Assembly: GCF_006345805.1 (NCBI RefSeq) | Contig: NC_042997.1 | Span: 86,738,001-86,802,000, forward strand | DNA: 64,000 nucleotides | Reading direction: 5' to 3' | Source of the DNA: Octopus sinensis | Taxonomy: Eukaryota | Shown here: piece after piece, positions 38,884-51,891 of the stretch | Numbering within the stretch: the first letter of the stretch is position 1 | Layout of the letters: each line of letters starts with the position of its first letter | Position numbers and translations under genes: made by a program | Notes under the pieces: model-generated | Databases searched by the model: none | Told to the model about the DNA's origin: nothing | Seen by the model: the letters and a program-made list of their open reading frames with translations, nothing else

Positions 38884-38985
38884 CGACGAGATTCTTTCGG
38901 TTTCCGTCTACCAAATCTACTCACAAGGCTTTGGTCGGCCCGAGGCCATAGTAGAAGACACTTGCCAAGGTGCCAAGCAGTGGGT
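38560..38985 (-). mobile_element. SINE family B, head-truncated
   Basis: Same core and tail as 6860-7258, with an internal (CA)n. Confidence 0.88.
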
Positions 38986-39254
38986 CTGTCTATTATATAT
39001 ATATATTGTATGTATGTATGTATGTATATATGTATGTATGTATGGAAGCAACTGTCTTTGAAAACTCATATTGTCATTGAATGCTCGAAATAAGGAGTAG
39101 ATTGGCAGCCGACAACTGATGAAGGGTCCTTTCTCTGTGTTTACTTGTCCTGTTTTCCATTTTTTCTCTCGTTGTTTACGTATTTAAATAGTTTGTTTAC
39201 GTATTTCATGCTGCTTGCACAGTTTGTACCCATGTACCCATATATGCATATATG

Positions 39255-39420
39255 ATGGTTGCCCTTTCGTTATCGAGTATGGTTATTGCACGAGGCTTAA
39301 CTGTTAACGGTACTGTGATCGAACGTGAATTTTTAGCCCAGCTAAAGATCTACAATGTCTTGTACAGAATTGGCAGGGACAACTGAAGAAGGGGAATATT
39401 CCTTGTGTTGTGTGTCTTGT
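39255..39420 (-). mobile_element. RTE LINE 3' end
   Basis: CPCQFCTRHCRSLAGLKIHVRSQYR* (terminal zinc-knuckle of RTE ORFs) plus a short 3' UTR shared with 177-270. Confidence 0.7.
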
Positions 39421-39519
39421 ACTCTGTTTTCTCGTTGTTTGAAAAAAAGTTAGTTTCCATGTTTTTGTTTTCATGTTTCCGTTTCTCATTGTGTTCAACG
39501 TTTTTTTGTGTCCTGTACC

Positions 39520-40786
39520 CATATATGCACGATGGATATATTGTCACCATTTTCCATTTTATATTATCGCGCATGCGCATCGTTTGTTTTTGATTTTGCC
39601 GACTACACAGTATAATACATTCAGTTGGGCATCGTCTGTGAGAAAAACAACACCATGACGCAATTCATACTGCCAGAAATTTGGAAACTACATTCGCGCC
39701 GGAAGCTCCAATATGAACATTTCAGAGTATTTGGTTGTCAATCTGAGGACAGTGCAGAAGATTCGGAAAGAGTTGGATGGGTCTAATGGTGATTACGGAG
39801 GTACGGTAGCTCGGAAAAGTCACTCTAATCGTTCTGATAAGAAAAGAACTCTTGAATTTGTTGGTGAGATCCCGGCCATGATTAAGAAACCATCCCTCCA
39901 AGTCAATCAAGTCCATCGCCAGGTACATGGGAATGCTTGAGTTTCTTATCAGGCAGGTAGTGCATGAAGACATAAGGTATTCCTCATACAAGATCAGAAA
40001 GGGCCAATTTTCATTTCAAGCGCTACGGAGCTTTTGAACAAACTCAAACATCCCCTCCAACCTAACATGCTTTGTTTTTTCTCAGACGTAAATATTTTCT
40101 GCCAGGATCAGATACTGAACACAGAGAACAACCGTTGGCTTGCAGTGCCCCCAAAACATGTACCGAGAGTGAAAAAAAATCAAGCATCCAGTCAACATGA
40201 TGGTGTTTGGAGTGATCATTAAGGATGGCGACATTATGTCTCTATTCGTCTTACCACATGGCTTCAGACTCAACACGGAGGCTTACATCAAGTGCCTGGC
40301 GGAGACAGTGCTTCCCTGGGTCAAGTGGGTGGCTGCTGGAAGATATTATATCTGGCAACAAGACTGCACCATGTCACACAAGCAGGAGAAACCAGTCCTG
40401 GCTGCCAGACAATTTCTGCGACCACATCAGCCTTAACATCTGTCCACCTAACTCCTCAGACTGCGACCCTCTTGATTATTATATGTGAGGCGCAGTTGGG
40501 CGGAAACCAACAAAACTCCTTTTAACACTAAAGATGAACTGAAGGCAAGGGTTATGGTAACATTTATCAACTTAAACAAGGAGACCGTCCAGAAGAGTTG
40601 CAGGAGATTGCGAAGTTGTATGGAGGCCGTGATTGAAGCCAATGGCAATTTTATTGAATAAATTTACTTTTTAGCATTTCAAGATAATTTAATGTAACAT
40701 TGGTAAATATATCTGTTAAAATGAGATGTCAGTCTTATTTTTATTCTTGCGTAATTTAGACGACAATTTATTCACCGCACCCTGTA
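39520..40786 (+). mobile_element. maT-type (DD37D) mariner-like transposon, defective
   Basis: FFSD...NNRWLA...VMVFGVI...LNTEAYIKCL...WQQD / APCHTSRRNQSWL...PPNSSDCDPLDYY; D-to-D spacing is 37 after repairing one frameshift. Right TIR gacgacaatttattcaccgcaccctg+TA ends at 40786. Left TIR is degenerate. Confidence 0.9.
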
Positions 40787-40794
40787 TGTGTGTG

Positions 40795-40862
<68 letters not shown>

Positions 40863-41723
40863 GATATATTTATATATATATACATACATACATACATACA
40901 TACATACATACATACAACATACATACATACTACATACATACATACGTACATACATACATATATATGGGTGTGTGTGTGTATTGTTTCTATATATATATAC
41001 AAATTTTTATGTTTGTATATGTTTGTATATGTTTGTATGTAAGTATGTATGTTTGATGAACACTTCCGCCGATTTCGAGGAATGAAACTCCAGTAATATG
41101 TTCAATCAACTGGATAATAATTAAATTGCGGCTGTTTATTCCACAGGTACGTGTACCCTTAATGTAATCAATTTACATGTAGAATCAAGGTGACACATAT
41201 GCGATAACGTTGGTGTCTAACTTACGTTTTAGTCCATTCAACGGGATCCAACGCAATGAATGTAAACCTAATTTCTTTCAGTTGTGTTAGGTCTACGGCC
41301 AAAACGTCACGCAAGTAGATCGAATTAGGATTCTAGTTGCAAAGTGAAATCCTGAGCAACACTGTATTTCCTGTATATATTACACACACACACACACACA
41401 CGCTCACACGTATGTACAACATATACATATAGTAGTAACTCCAGTTTTCTGAAGCTGTTTAACAGATTGGCAACTTGCTTCTCTGAGATTGGTCAAGTGA
41501 TGGTGACACCTCTGACGAGAATCCGGTAGGGGTCGAAAAATCAATTAAAGGCTGTTCATTTTTTCTCCCTTATGAGAAATAATTAACTTTTACATATTTT
41601 GTGTCTACAACATAGATTTACACACACGCGCGCACGCACACATACACATGTATACAAACTATATACATACATACATACATACATACATACATTATACATA
41701 CATACATACTACGTATATATATA

Positions 41724-41783
<60 letters not shown>

Positions 41784-41855
41784 TAATCCAAACAAGAAAA
41801 CAAAAAACAACAACGCACGGATGTAGAACAAATAAAGTATTATTGGACGCTCAGG

Positions 41856-42160
41856 ACTGGGCTTGCAAAAAAAGAATAAGTCCCGGGGTCGAGTTGCTCG
41901 ATTAAAGGCGGTGCTCCAGCATGGCCGCAGTCAAATGACTGAAACAAGTAAAAGAGTAAAGAGTATATATATATAGTCATTTGACTGCGGCCATGCTGGA
42001 GCACCGCCTTAATCGAGCAACTCGATCCCGGGACTTATTCTTTTTTTGCAAGCCCAGTACTTATTCTATCGGTCTCTTTTGCCGAACCGCTAAGTAACGG
42101 GGACATAAACACACCAGCATCGGTTGTCAAGCAATGCTAAGGGGACAAACACAGATACAC
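41856..42160. mobile_element. Two SINE family B 3' halves forming an ~85-bp inverted repeat (41856-41940 / 41975-42058)
   Basis: Arms differ at about two positions and share the private variant ttgcaagcccagt. Spacer is 34 nt. Confidence 0.92.
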
Positions 42161-42266
42161 AGGCATATGTGTGTTGGAGTGTGTGTGTACGTACGTGCGC
42201 GCGCTCGTGTATGTGTGTGTGTGTGTGCGTATGTATATAGCACGTTTATATATCTTATATATATAT

Positions 42267-42297
<31 letters not shown>

Positions 42298-42415
42298 ATA
42301 TATATAATAATATATAGTTAATCCAAAGAACACACAGAAAAAAGAGAAAAAACACAGCAACGCAGGACGTGGAACAATTAAAGTATTATTGACGCTCAGG
42401 AAGAAGGGAAGGAGG

Positions 42416-42450
42416 GTTTAACGTTTCGAGCGGAGCTCTTCGTCGGAAAC
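42416..42450 (-). ncRNA. Minimal type-I hammerhead-like motif (U4C variant) in a Penelope-like terminal repeat fragment
   Basis: GUUU-CCGACGA-A-GAGC(UCC)GCUC-GAAAC-GUU-AAAC. The host repeat at 42320-42500 has a truncated sibling at 41780-41855. Confidence 0.6.
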
Positions 42451-42534
42451 AAGAGAAGGAAAGATCCCAAGAAGGGAAGACAGAGGAAAAAATATTTTAG
42501 CTGGTGGTGCTCAAGAGATCACATCAAACAAGAG

Positions 42535-42589
<55 letters not shown>

Positions 42590-42610
42590 GCTTATATATA
42601 TTATATCTTA

Positions 42611-42976
42611 CATATTGTATTTTGGATGGTCATTTCTATTTTTTTTGCCAAATAAAAATATGCAGTATATATTCGTTCTTCACTCATTTATTCCTATCCT
42701 TATTCTAACTCATGTCCATTGTCCGAAAATCTTTCGTCACACATTTGTGACCTCTGCAGCGACACTTTCCGTCTTCGTATCTGATTTTGCACAAGCAAAC
42801 AAGAGCACACACGAAGATGGAAAGTGTCGCTAAGGAGATCACAGATGTGTGACAAAAGATTTTCGGACAATGGACATGAGTTAGAATAAGGACAGGAATA
42901 AATGAGTGAAGAACGAATATATACTGCATGTTTTTATTTGGGTAAAAAAAAAAGACCATCCCAAATTCAACACATG
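42611..42976. mobile_element. Palindromic MITE / foldback element with ~170-bp arms
   Basis: Left arm cactcatttattcct.tccttattctaactcatgtccattgtccgaaaatctt is mirrored by aagattttcggacaatggacatgagttagaataagga.aggaataaatgagtg. TA-rich flanks. Confidence 0.85.
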
Positions 42977-43104
42977 ACTTCACATCAGGAATCTTGCAAC
43001 ACAAATTCTTAAATGTATATACTTACAGATATCTAAAATATATAAGTATATGAAATATAGATATATATAATATATAATATATAATATATAATATATATAC
43101 GCAC

Positions 43105-43915
43105 ATACTCTTTTACTCTTTTACTTGTTTCAGTCATTTGACTGCGGCCATGCTGGAGCACCGCCTTTAGTCGAGCAAATCGACCCCAGGACTTATTCTT
43201 TGTAAGCCTAGAACTTATTCTATCGGTCTATTTTGCCGAACCGCTAAGTTACGGGGGCGTAAACACACCAGCATCGGTTGTCAATCGATGTTGGGGGACA
43301 AACACAGACGCACAAACATACACACACACACACACCCACACACACACACAACACACACACACACACACATACATATATATATTATATATATATTATATAT
43401 ATACCGACGGGTTTCTTTCAGTTTTCGTCTACCAAATCTACTCACAAGGCTTTGGTCGGCCCGAGGCTATAGTAGAAGACACTTGCCCAATGTGCCACGC
43501 AGTGGGACTGAACCCGGAGCCATGTGGTTGGTAAGCAAACTACATATATATATTTATATATACTCTTTTTTTCTTTCTATCTATCAATCTATCGATCGAT
43601 CGATCTATCCATCTATCTATTTATCTATCTATTACCCTATTTCCCTTTGTGTGTGTGTGTGTATACGTATATATGTATACATATACATATATTTACATAA
43701 TGTTTATACACACATACATACATATATAAACATATACATACATATATTTTTGTCTGTGTGTTTGTCTTCCCTCTATCGCTTGACAACCGATGTTAGTGTG
43801 TTTACATCCTCATAACTTCATGGTTCGGCAAAAGAGACCGACAGAAAAAGTACTAGGCTTACAAAGACTAAGTCCTGGGGGGCGATTTGCTCGACTAAAG
43901 GCGGTGCTCCAGCAT
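43105..43915. mobile_element. SINE family B copies (43105-43545 minus; 43780-43915 plus, partial)
   Basis: Same diagnostic sequences as other family B copies, with CpGs intact. Confidence 0.88.
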
Positions 43916-43919
43916 GATA

Positions 43920-43980
<61 letters not shown>

Positions 43981-44342
43981 TATATATTAAACAAACTGAG
44001 ATAACAAATCCAAGGCTGTGAGTACTTTTCAGGACACGTATAAGGAAAAAGATATAGTTGGTCAATTCAAGGATATCTTATCCTCATTAGCGATTAATAA
44101 ATCCAAAATTTCGCTGGCCTAATCTCCATCACAATAGAAGAATTTTCTACGTTGTGTTATGGATTATTATGATAATTAAAACTGATAATGTAAAAAAATG
44201 AAGAGTTAAAGATGCATAGTTAACTTATTTGCATCATAATTTGTTTTTAAGATATAAATACAAATAAATTTTGAAAAAACACAATAAGAGACTCTAAAAA
44301 CCTACATATGTTTCCAGTCTACCCCTTACAGAGATTCTATTC

Positions 44343-44442
44343 NNNNNNNNNNNNNNNNNNNNNNNNNNNNNNNNNNNNNNNNNNNNNNNNNNNNNNNNNN
44401 NNNNNNNNNNNNNNNNNNNNNNNNNNNNNNNNNNNNNNNNNN
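44343..44442. other. Assembly gap (100 N)
   Basis: Run of exactly 100 N, the usual placeholder for a gap of unknown size. Confidence 0.99.
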
Positions 44443-44629
44443 ACTAGGTATTTTTTTTATTTCACCATTTACATATCAGTTACATGCAGTAATTAAAGAT
44501 GTCACACTATAAATGCAATTCATATGTGCAATTTGTAATGTAGTATACATAATCCTATTGAAAACATCTTTGAATAGGGTTGAAACGAGATCCGACCAAA
44601 AGCCCCATAGAACAAAATCCTCACAAACC

Positions 44630-45175
44630 TTGAACAACCATCATGCACTATCTTCCTCCATCCATTATGGTCTTGTGCCTCCCTCTCCCAATTACCAGCA
44701 GCAATTCATGTCTGTATTAGAGCATTTTTAAGGCAATCCGTAAACCTTAGTTTAGGCTTATTTGCTGGCCTCCTGCCATCTTCCAGCTCACCATACAATA
44801 GCTGCTTGGGCAGTCGCTCATCACTCATCCATAACCAAATGTCCCCCCCATCTCAAACGTCTTTGCAAAATCATTGACTCTATCCTTCTACTGCCACTCC
44901 TTTCAAGCACTTCCACATTACTAATGGCCATTTTCCAGTTTATACCCCCAATTTTTCTCAGACAATATTGATGAAATCGTTCCAATTGCCTTACCTGCCT
45001 ACGGTGAACAATCCATGCCTCACTTCCATATAGCAAAGATGCATGTGTTATATACCTTAACTTTAATTTGTGAAGCTATATTATGTTGTCTCCACAGACG
45101 CCTATCAAGCCTACCAAAAGCACTACTAGTCCTGTTGATTCTGTATGAAATTTCATCATTAAGACCAACAGTGGT
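44630..45175 (-). mobile_element. RTE (BovB-like) LINE C-terminal fragment
   Basis: DEISYRINRTSSAFGRLDRRLW...KVKVYNTCI / LYGSEAW...RQLERFHQYCLRKI...SNVEVLERS...RRLRWGGHL...KPKLRFTDCLK. Confidence 0.88.
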
Positions 45176-45544
45176 TTCAAATTTAGGCATGAGGCCTGAA
45201 GTTTTGGGTGAGTGGGTAAGTCGATTACATTGTCCTTGATGCTCAACTGGCACTTACGATGACCCCAGATAGATAAAAGGCAAAGTTGAGCCCAGAGGAA
45301 TTTGAAAGCAGAACAAATAAAATGCTGCTAAGCATTTTGCCTGGTGTGCTAACGATTCTGCCAGCTTGCTTCCTTAGTGTAAGGAAGGTCACTCCTGAAT
45401 CCTGTTTAATTGGGATAATGAAGATAAAGATTCAATGTGCTAAAGCAGTTAGGTAACTTTCCAATATAGACATAGAACAAATAATATCTTCAAAAGTTTA
45501 TATCATATGTAAGTGCTGCAAAACCTTCAGCTATATATGTGCAA

Positions 45545-46650
45545 GTGTGGCTATGGGTAAGAATCTTGCTTCCCAACTACATGGTTCTGGGTTCTGATCC
45601 ACTGCATAGCACCTTGGGCAAATGTCTTCTGCTGTAGCCTTGGGTCAACCAGAGCCTTGTTAGTGGATTTGGTAGACAGAAACTGAAAGAAGTTCGTGTG
45701 TGCGTGTGTGTGTGTGTGTGCATCTTTGTGCCTGTTTTTGTCCCTCACCACCCCTTGACAACTGGTATTGGTGTGTTTATGTCTCCGTTACTTAGTGGTT
45801 TGGCAAAAAAGACCAATAGGATAAGTACTAAGCTTAACAAAAAGTAAATATTGGCGTCAATTCATTCGACTAAAAAGAAATCCTTTAAGGGAGTGCCCCA
45901 ACATGGCTGCAGTATAATGACTGAAACAAGTAAAAGGTAAAGGGTGTCATTGAAACCCAAGCATTGATGTCATCATCCTCCTTCAACATGAAATGCAATG
46001 AGCTTACAAAGAATTTTCGTCCTCCCAGAATTAATGCCTGAATCGCAGAGCATTTAATGAAAGTAAGAACATGTTGGATAATGTAATACAAAATACACTA
46101 AAAACAGGACTGATGAGATGGTCATGACCGGAATGCCTTTGATCATCTGCTCAGTGAGAGTTGGTCAGGTGCTAAATAGCAATAACAACATAAACTAAAT
46201 AATTATCTTAGTAAAACCACCCCCAAAATATTAAAATTAAGCTAAAATATTTCAACAGGTGTTGCTGCATGGTAAGAAGCTTGCTTTCCAACCACATGGT
46301 TCAGGGTTCAGTTTCATTGCATAGCACCTTGGACAGCTGTCTTCTACTATAACTTCGAACTGACCAATGTCTTGCACGTGGATTTGGTTGACAGAAACTG
46401 AAAGAAGCCCATCTTATATATATTTATGTGTGTGTGTCTTTGTGTTTATTCCCCCTCTCCACCACTTGACAACTATTACTGGTGTGTTTACAATCCTGTA
46501 ACTTAGCAGTTCAGCAAAAGGGGCTGATAGAATAAGTACCAAGTTTTTAAAAAAATGAGTACTGGGGTCAATACATTTGACTAAAAATTCTTCAAAGTAG
46601 TGTCCCAGCATGGCTGCAGTCTAATGACTGAAGCAAGTAAAAGATAAAAA
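45545..46650 (+). mobile_element. Two CpG-decayed SINE family B copies (45545-45940, 46255-46650)
   Basis: Full head, CORE-like domain and tail recognisable; consensus CG positions read TG/CA. Confidence 0.85.
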
Positions 46651-46799
46651 GAACACTAAAATTTCTTAAATAAAGAAAAGCATGTAATCATGAGAAAACC
46701 ATTTGTGTCTGATTTCAGATAGGGTTGATATGCCCAGGCATGGAAAACTACAGCCTGTAGCTCCAGAAGAACAAATCCTTTAACTTTGTGCTCTCAATT

Positions 46800-47640
46800 T
46801 TTAATGGGGTCAATTACATTGACACCAGTACTCAACAGGTACTTATTGTATCAACCCCCAAAGGATGAAAGCTAAAGTCAACCTTGGCAGAATTTGAACT
46901 CAGAAGGTAAAGACAAACGAAATGCTGCTAAACATTTTGCTTGGTGTGCTAATAATTCTGCCAATGATGTGCTAATGATTCCAAATTTTGGGATAAGACC
47001 AGCAATTTCAGGAGAGAGGATAGGTCAATTACATTGACCCAGTATTCAACTGATACTTATTTTATTGATCCCAAAAGGATGAAAAGCAAAATTGCCCTCA
47101 GCAGAATTTGAACTCAGAATATAGAGACAGATGAAATGCTGCTAAGCATTTTGCCCAGTGCTGCAACAACTCTGCCAGCTCTGCCTTAGTTTCATCATCC
47201 TTTCTACTACAGGGACAAGGCCTGAAATTTTGGCAGTAGGGGACTGGTCGATTACATTAACTCTAATGCATAACCAGTACTTATTTCATCAACTCTGAAA
47301 GAATGAAAGGCAAAGTTGACCTCAGCAGAATTTGAACTCAGATTGTAAGGATACCACTAAGCATTTTGCCCAGTGTGCAAATGATACTGCCAGTTCACCA
47401 CCTTAATACTACTAATAATAATAATGATGATAATGATAATAATAATGATTTCAAATTTTGGCACAAGGCCAGCAACTTCACAAGAGGCAGCAAAGTCAAT
47501 TACATCAACTCCAGTACTCAACTGGTACATATTTTATTGATCCTGAAAGGATGAAAGGTAAAGTCAACCTTGGTAGAATTTGAACTCAGAATGTAAAGAT
47601 GGATGAAATGCTAATGATTTTGCCAGCTCACCACCTTACA
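46800..47640 (-). mobile_element. Tandem cluster of CpG-decayed SINE family A
   Basis: About four cores such as aaagttgacctcagcagaatttgaactcaga, versus aaagtcgatctcggcggaatttgaactcaga at 22-23 kb. Confidence 0.88.
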
Positions 47641-49084
47641 GATAGATTATATTGATGTGACATCAACGTGTTCCAACTTGTGCACTATTTCACTTGTAAT
47701 TGGGCAGGGAATTGGGTTTAGCTGCACACTACTAACCTATTACATGCTGACACAGATCAACAGTCAATTTAATCATCCCAGCTTTTTCATTGGTACTTTA
47801 TGTTACTGACCTTAGGAAAATGAAAGATAAAGTTGAACTTGACAGAAGCCAAAACAAACACTGCGAGGCATTTCATTTGACATTAACAATTTACGAATCT
47901 GAGAAAATTTTTTAAATATTTCTGCTCAGTGTGCTGAAGAACCTACTCAACTAATACCAAATCCTGAATGATACTGATAAAATAGTGTAATACTGTATGA
48001 TGTAGTTTGTAGCTGTATCATTTCTATCAACTCTGTTCTTATATAAATGTAAATTCTTCCAACATTATTAATAATACAAAACATGTACAGGATATAGACC
48101 ACAAGACTTAATGAAATGGTTTCATCTTGAATACATCTATTGAAATGAAATAAAAGGAATGTATGATACAGAGATATATATTTTAGTTATGTTATATGAG
48201 CTCAGCTGCTTGAATACCCTTAGTTAATTATGATAAACTGTTGATGTAAACACTTGTTTTGAATTCCAAAAGCCTTATGGCTGAGTAGCTAATCCTGTTA
48301 TAACAAATACAAAATGAGGCCATTTGGACTTTTATAAAGCCCAATCTTCTAGTTGGGTTCATTTTTGTTTTTGACACTATTTTAGCAAGAGAGAATACAC
48401 AATGAACATGACATGTCTCTATTCAGTAAGTTAAATTGTTCTCTAAGCTTGCTTTAAGCTAGCTGTCTGCAACTTTTTTCAACCAAATGTTGCAACAGCA
48501 GTTTGAGTCATTTGATTGTTAGCTTTATGCAATGTGAAACAGGAAGTTTTCTTTTTAAAAAAAGAAATGACTTGTTGCAGAAATGAAGAAACAAAAATAA
48601 TTGTATTAAATGATTGTTGTAGCTAACATGTTTGAAGTGGAGAAATTCTGTCACTCAAATTCTAGGATGATGTAGCTTTTTATTCTTCTAGCGTTCATCT
48701 ATAATAATAAATGCCAAAACGAATTTTTGTGTGTCAGTGTGTCACCCTTTGACCCCCCTCTCTCACTATTCAATGACACTTCTACTATTCCTCCTGCTGG
48801 GGTGAGAGTAATAGTAGGCATAGAGATGGTGGGGGTGGTAGTAGATTGATGGTTGTGATGGTAATAGTATGAGCTGTAAGTTGTGATAGGGGCAGAGGCG
48901 ACGGTGATGATGGTGGTGGTGGTAGCTGAGGCAGTCAGGGATGACGGTAATAGTAAGTGATGTGGAAGGAAAGGCGGCGGCGAAATCAAAGGTATTGATG
49001 ATGGTAGTGTCAGAAGTCTGAATGCTGTGTATTTGGCAGTTGTAGTGGTGATGGTGGGGATACTGATGATGGTTGAAAACAGTC

Positions 49085-49121
<37 letters not shown>

Positions 49122-49467
49122 AGTGGTTAGACAGAAAAGAAATTGTACTGACCCCCGAATGGGAAGACAAAAATTGTTGCTTATCATGCAGCTTTGCAAT
49201 AAGTTCCAAGTCAACAAATTATATCATTGTTTTGATGAAAATTATTCATTGCTTGAAAATTATTAGTCAAGTTTAATAAAATTTAATATGTACTCAGTGC
49301 ATGAAGTGTCATTGTTGGGCTCAAGGGTGGCTTTTAAGCTAGTAAAAAATAAATATGAAATCACCTAAAATAGGTAAAGGAATAATTTAAGCAAGTTCTA
49401 TCACATTGATTGTATGCTTGTGGGATTATACTACAATAACATAATAATAATAATAATAATATTAATA

Positions 49468-49845
49468 ATGAGTGCTCAGAGAGCTCAAGCCTCTGCTAAG
49501 GCAACACCAATGTCCTCTCAACAATTATCCAGAGATGATTTTTAAAATGAGAATATATGAAATAAACTTCACTGCTCTCACAAGCGAGAATACTAAAAAT
49601 GAACTTGACTGCTCTCAAAAATTAAGTAAAAAAAAACAGGAAAAATAATTCAGAATCTTTGTCCAATACCAGATCGCCCCCAAAATCTAATCAATTTGTA
49701 CCAGTCATGAGGCCAAACATTCCTGAAATTTTCATCCAAATCCATCCAGCGGTTCTTGAGATATCTTGTCCATGGACAAGCAAACAGACAAACAAATTAA
49801 CCTGACTGAAAACAATACCTCCACCTTTGCTAAGGTGGAGGTACT
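49468..49845 (+). mobile_element. Helentron-associated non-autonomous element (HINE/DINE-1-like)
   Basis: 3' perfect 12-bp stem-loop tacctccacctt-tgct-aaggtggaggta (49816-49843), related 5' sub-TIR-like gcctctgctaagg, and internal aaattttcatccaaatcc.tccagcggttcttgagatat followed by (gaca/aaac) repeats. Confidence 0.75.
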
Positions 49846-51122
49846 AATCCTTTCTTTATTAGCCATAAGGGCCGACTAAAATAAGACTGGGTATTACAAA
49901 ACATTAAGGACAAAGTGGTGTTACATAAAGTGTTTTGTAAAAAGTTGATAACTATGAAAAATATAACAAAGAAAATGCCTAAAAGAGGCAAGCAACTCAG
50001 GGCTACTCATGGAGATCCCATGAAAAATCTACAAGCGCGCCGACCACTAGGGCAAGAGCCCTCTCCCCATCTTTCTCTCTCAGCTTTGGAAACTCAAAAG
50101 CCCATGCTCAAAGTAGGCCCATTGACATGGATCATCTTCGCCACATTCACCCACTTTTTAATAAAATTACTAGAAGTCAGCACTTCTCTCGCAACCCACA
50201 CTTTCCTTTTCAGATGGTATTTATAAATTCATTGCTTGGTTTTGCTATTGAAGCAAAACCTTGGCTGTTTAATGTATTGGGTTGTTGTTGTTATTGGGTG
50301 TTCAGTGTTAGTGTTAGTGTTGGTAGTGGGAGGGTTTGGATTCACAGGTGTTGTGACGCTAGCAGTGTCCATTAGCTGAATTTCCTTGCTGTTTTTCTCT
50401 TTCTCATGTTTCTTTTCTTCTTCCTTCTATTGTTCAGTGCTGCATGTGCTAGCAAGACTTTGGTCATCCCTCTCTCTGCCTTTTAAAGTGCAGAGTGGGC
50501 AGTGATAATTAATTTTAAAACTTTTTAGACTGTCTTCAGACAGCAGAGAGAAGTCAAAAAGAAAGGAAGTGCTGACACTCTTCTCCAAGGACATTTTCAC
50601 AAATTTTAAAATCGATAAATGAAAAAAATGGAGATTTTAAATTGAAAATTTGCCCCAAAAGGGGCAAAGTCCTGCCTAACTGCTCAGCTCAGTAAGACTT
50701 ACTAAGCCCAGTTGGCCTGGCCAAAGAAATGTCGTAAAAAATTTTCAGATACAGCGATATTATCTGTAAAAATTGCACAAAAACTTATAGCTCATGACAC
50801 ATATCCTTCCTCTTTGAAATCGATGAACAGAGTTCAATAATAACCTTTCTGGCTGATGAGTCAGAAGTGAAGTTCAGAGTACAGCTGATGCAATATAGCA
50901 CTTCTAAAGTACATGTATATGCATGTGCATTTGTGTGTGTGTGTGTGTGCGCACATGCATGTGGGTGAGTTTGTATGTGCTTGGGTGAAGGAGTACAGTA
51001 AGTCTAGATTTCACTATTATATAAACATATCTAAGCAATGTGTGTGTGTGTGTATACATGTGAACAACAAGCGAAAAAAGAAAAAGGAGTATTCAATATG
51101 TAATGTTTTATCATATTTATTA

Positions 51123-51227
51123 GAAGCTGAAAACTTCACTAACCTTTTCTCTGAGTCTCATATTTCTGATTGTCAGACAGTTGGAGATATGAAACTCAGA
51201 GTAATGATAAGTGAAGTTTTCAGTTTC
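51123..51227. repeat. Long imperfect palindrome (~48-bp arms, tiny loop)
   Basis: ctgaaaacttcact / agtgaagttttcag (14 bp perfect), ctctgagt / actcagag, tcatattt / agatatga. Confidence 0.85.
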
Positions 51228-51669
51228 CATATATATATATGAAAATATTGTCAATTTCCCCAAAAAGAGACACAATTCAATTTTTAAACAATAGCCAAAG
51301 CTCCTTCTCCCAAAGGGGGAGGGTTACAGTTTACAATCATTTAACAAAGGCAACACAACAACATTTCCCTTACGAGGAACCAACAAACGTGATAACAATA
51401 GTTAAAGAGTGAATCAAAAAGCAGTACGCAGTTGAAGCTATAGTCCTTTATATATAATAGTCCATCTGGACTATTCCATTTCTGCACGCTAATTTTATTT
51501 TTAATTTATTCCCATTCATGTGAAACCACTTGTTCAAGTCATTGATGCAATTTTAGACCAATTGCTATTTTTACTTTTGTTATGTTACGATTATATTATA
51601 CCTTAGTTTGATTTTAATTATTACTTACTACATATAATTCAATTGTTATTATTATCTCTAATTTTTATT

Positions 51670-51891
51670 GTTAAAGTGAAAGTATCTGACATAAAATAGA
51701 GAAATGCTTTTGTTTCACTTTTAACATGTAATACTGAAATAGTGGAGAAGATATGATATTGCTATGGGCTCGCCCTAAGTAAGGCATGTGTAAAATTTGA
51801 ATGAAATTGGTTGTATAGTTCTCAAGTTTTAGGGAAACACACAGACAGACAGACAGACAGACACACATTCTCAGTTTTATATATATAAAGA
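51670..51891 (-). mobile_element. Helitron 5' fragment
   Basis: Minus strand begins TCTTTATATATATAAAACTGAGAATGTGTGTCTGTCTG, like the element at 35243. No 3' CTAG end identified. Confidence 0.65.

Noticed and set aside
41293-41328. LRPKRHASRSN, resembling GMPR exon 1 LRPKRSTLKSRSE
   Set aside because: No upstream KLDFKDV or ATG in frame, an in-frame stop follows and there is no donor site; chance match.
41512-41545. CUGACGA-stem-GAAA hammerhead-like string
   Set aside because: Stem I cannot form and stem II has a mismatch; treated as chance.
46719-46783. DRVDMPRHGKLQPVAPEEQIL* after a ttcag acceptor; MPR start like GMPR or SNAG
   Set aside because: Diverges immediately from both motifs, ends in a stop and has no other support.
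48386-48425. 40-nt micro-exon-like segment (ttttag|...|gtaagt) in the putative GMPR intron
   Set aside because: Not a multiple of three and no recognisable peptide; such signal pairs occur by chance in AT-rich introns.
50380-50600. Minus-strand YHCPLC segment suggestive of a LINE ORF1 PHD finger
   Set aside because: Too short and decayed to assign.
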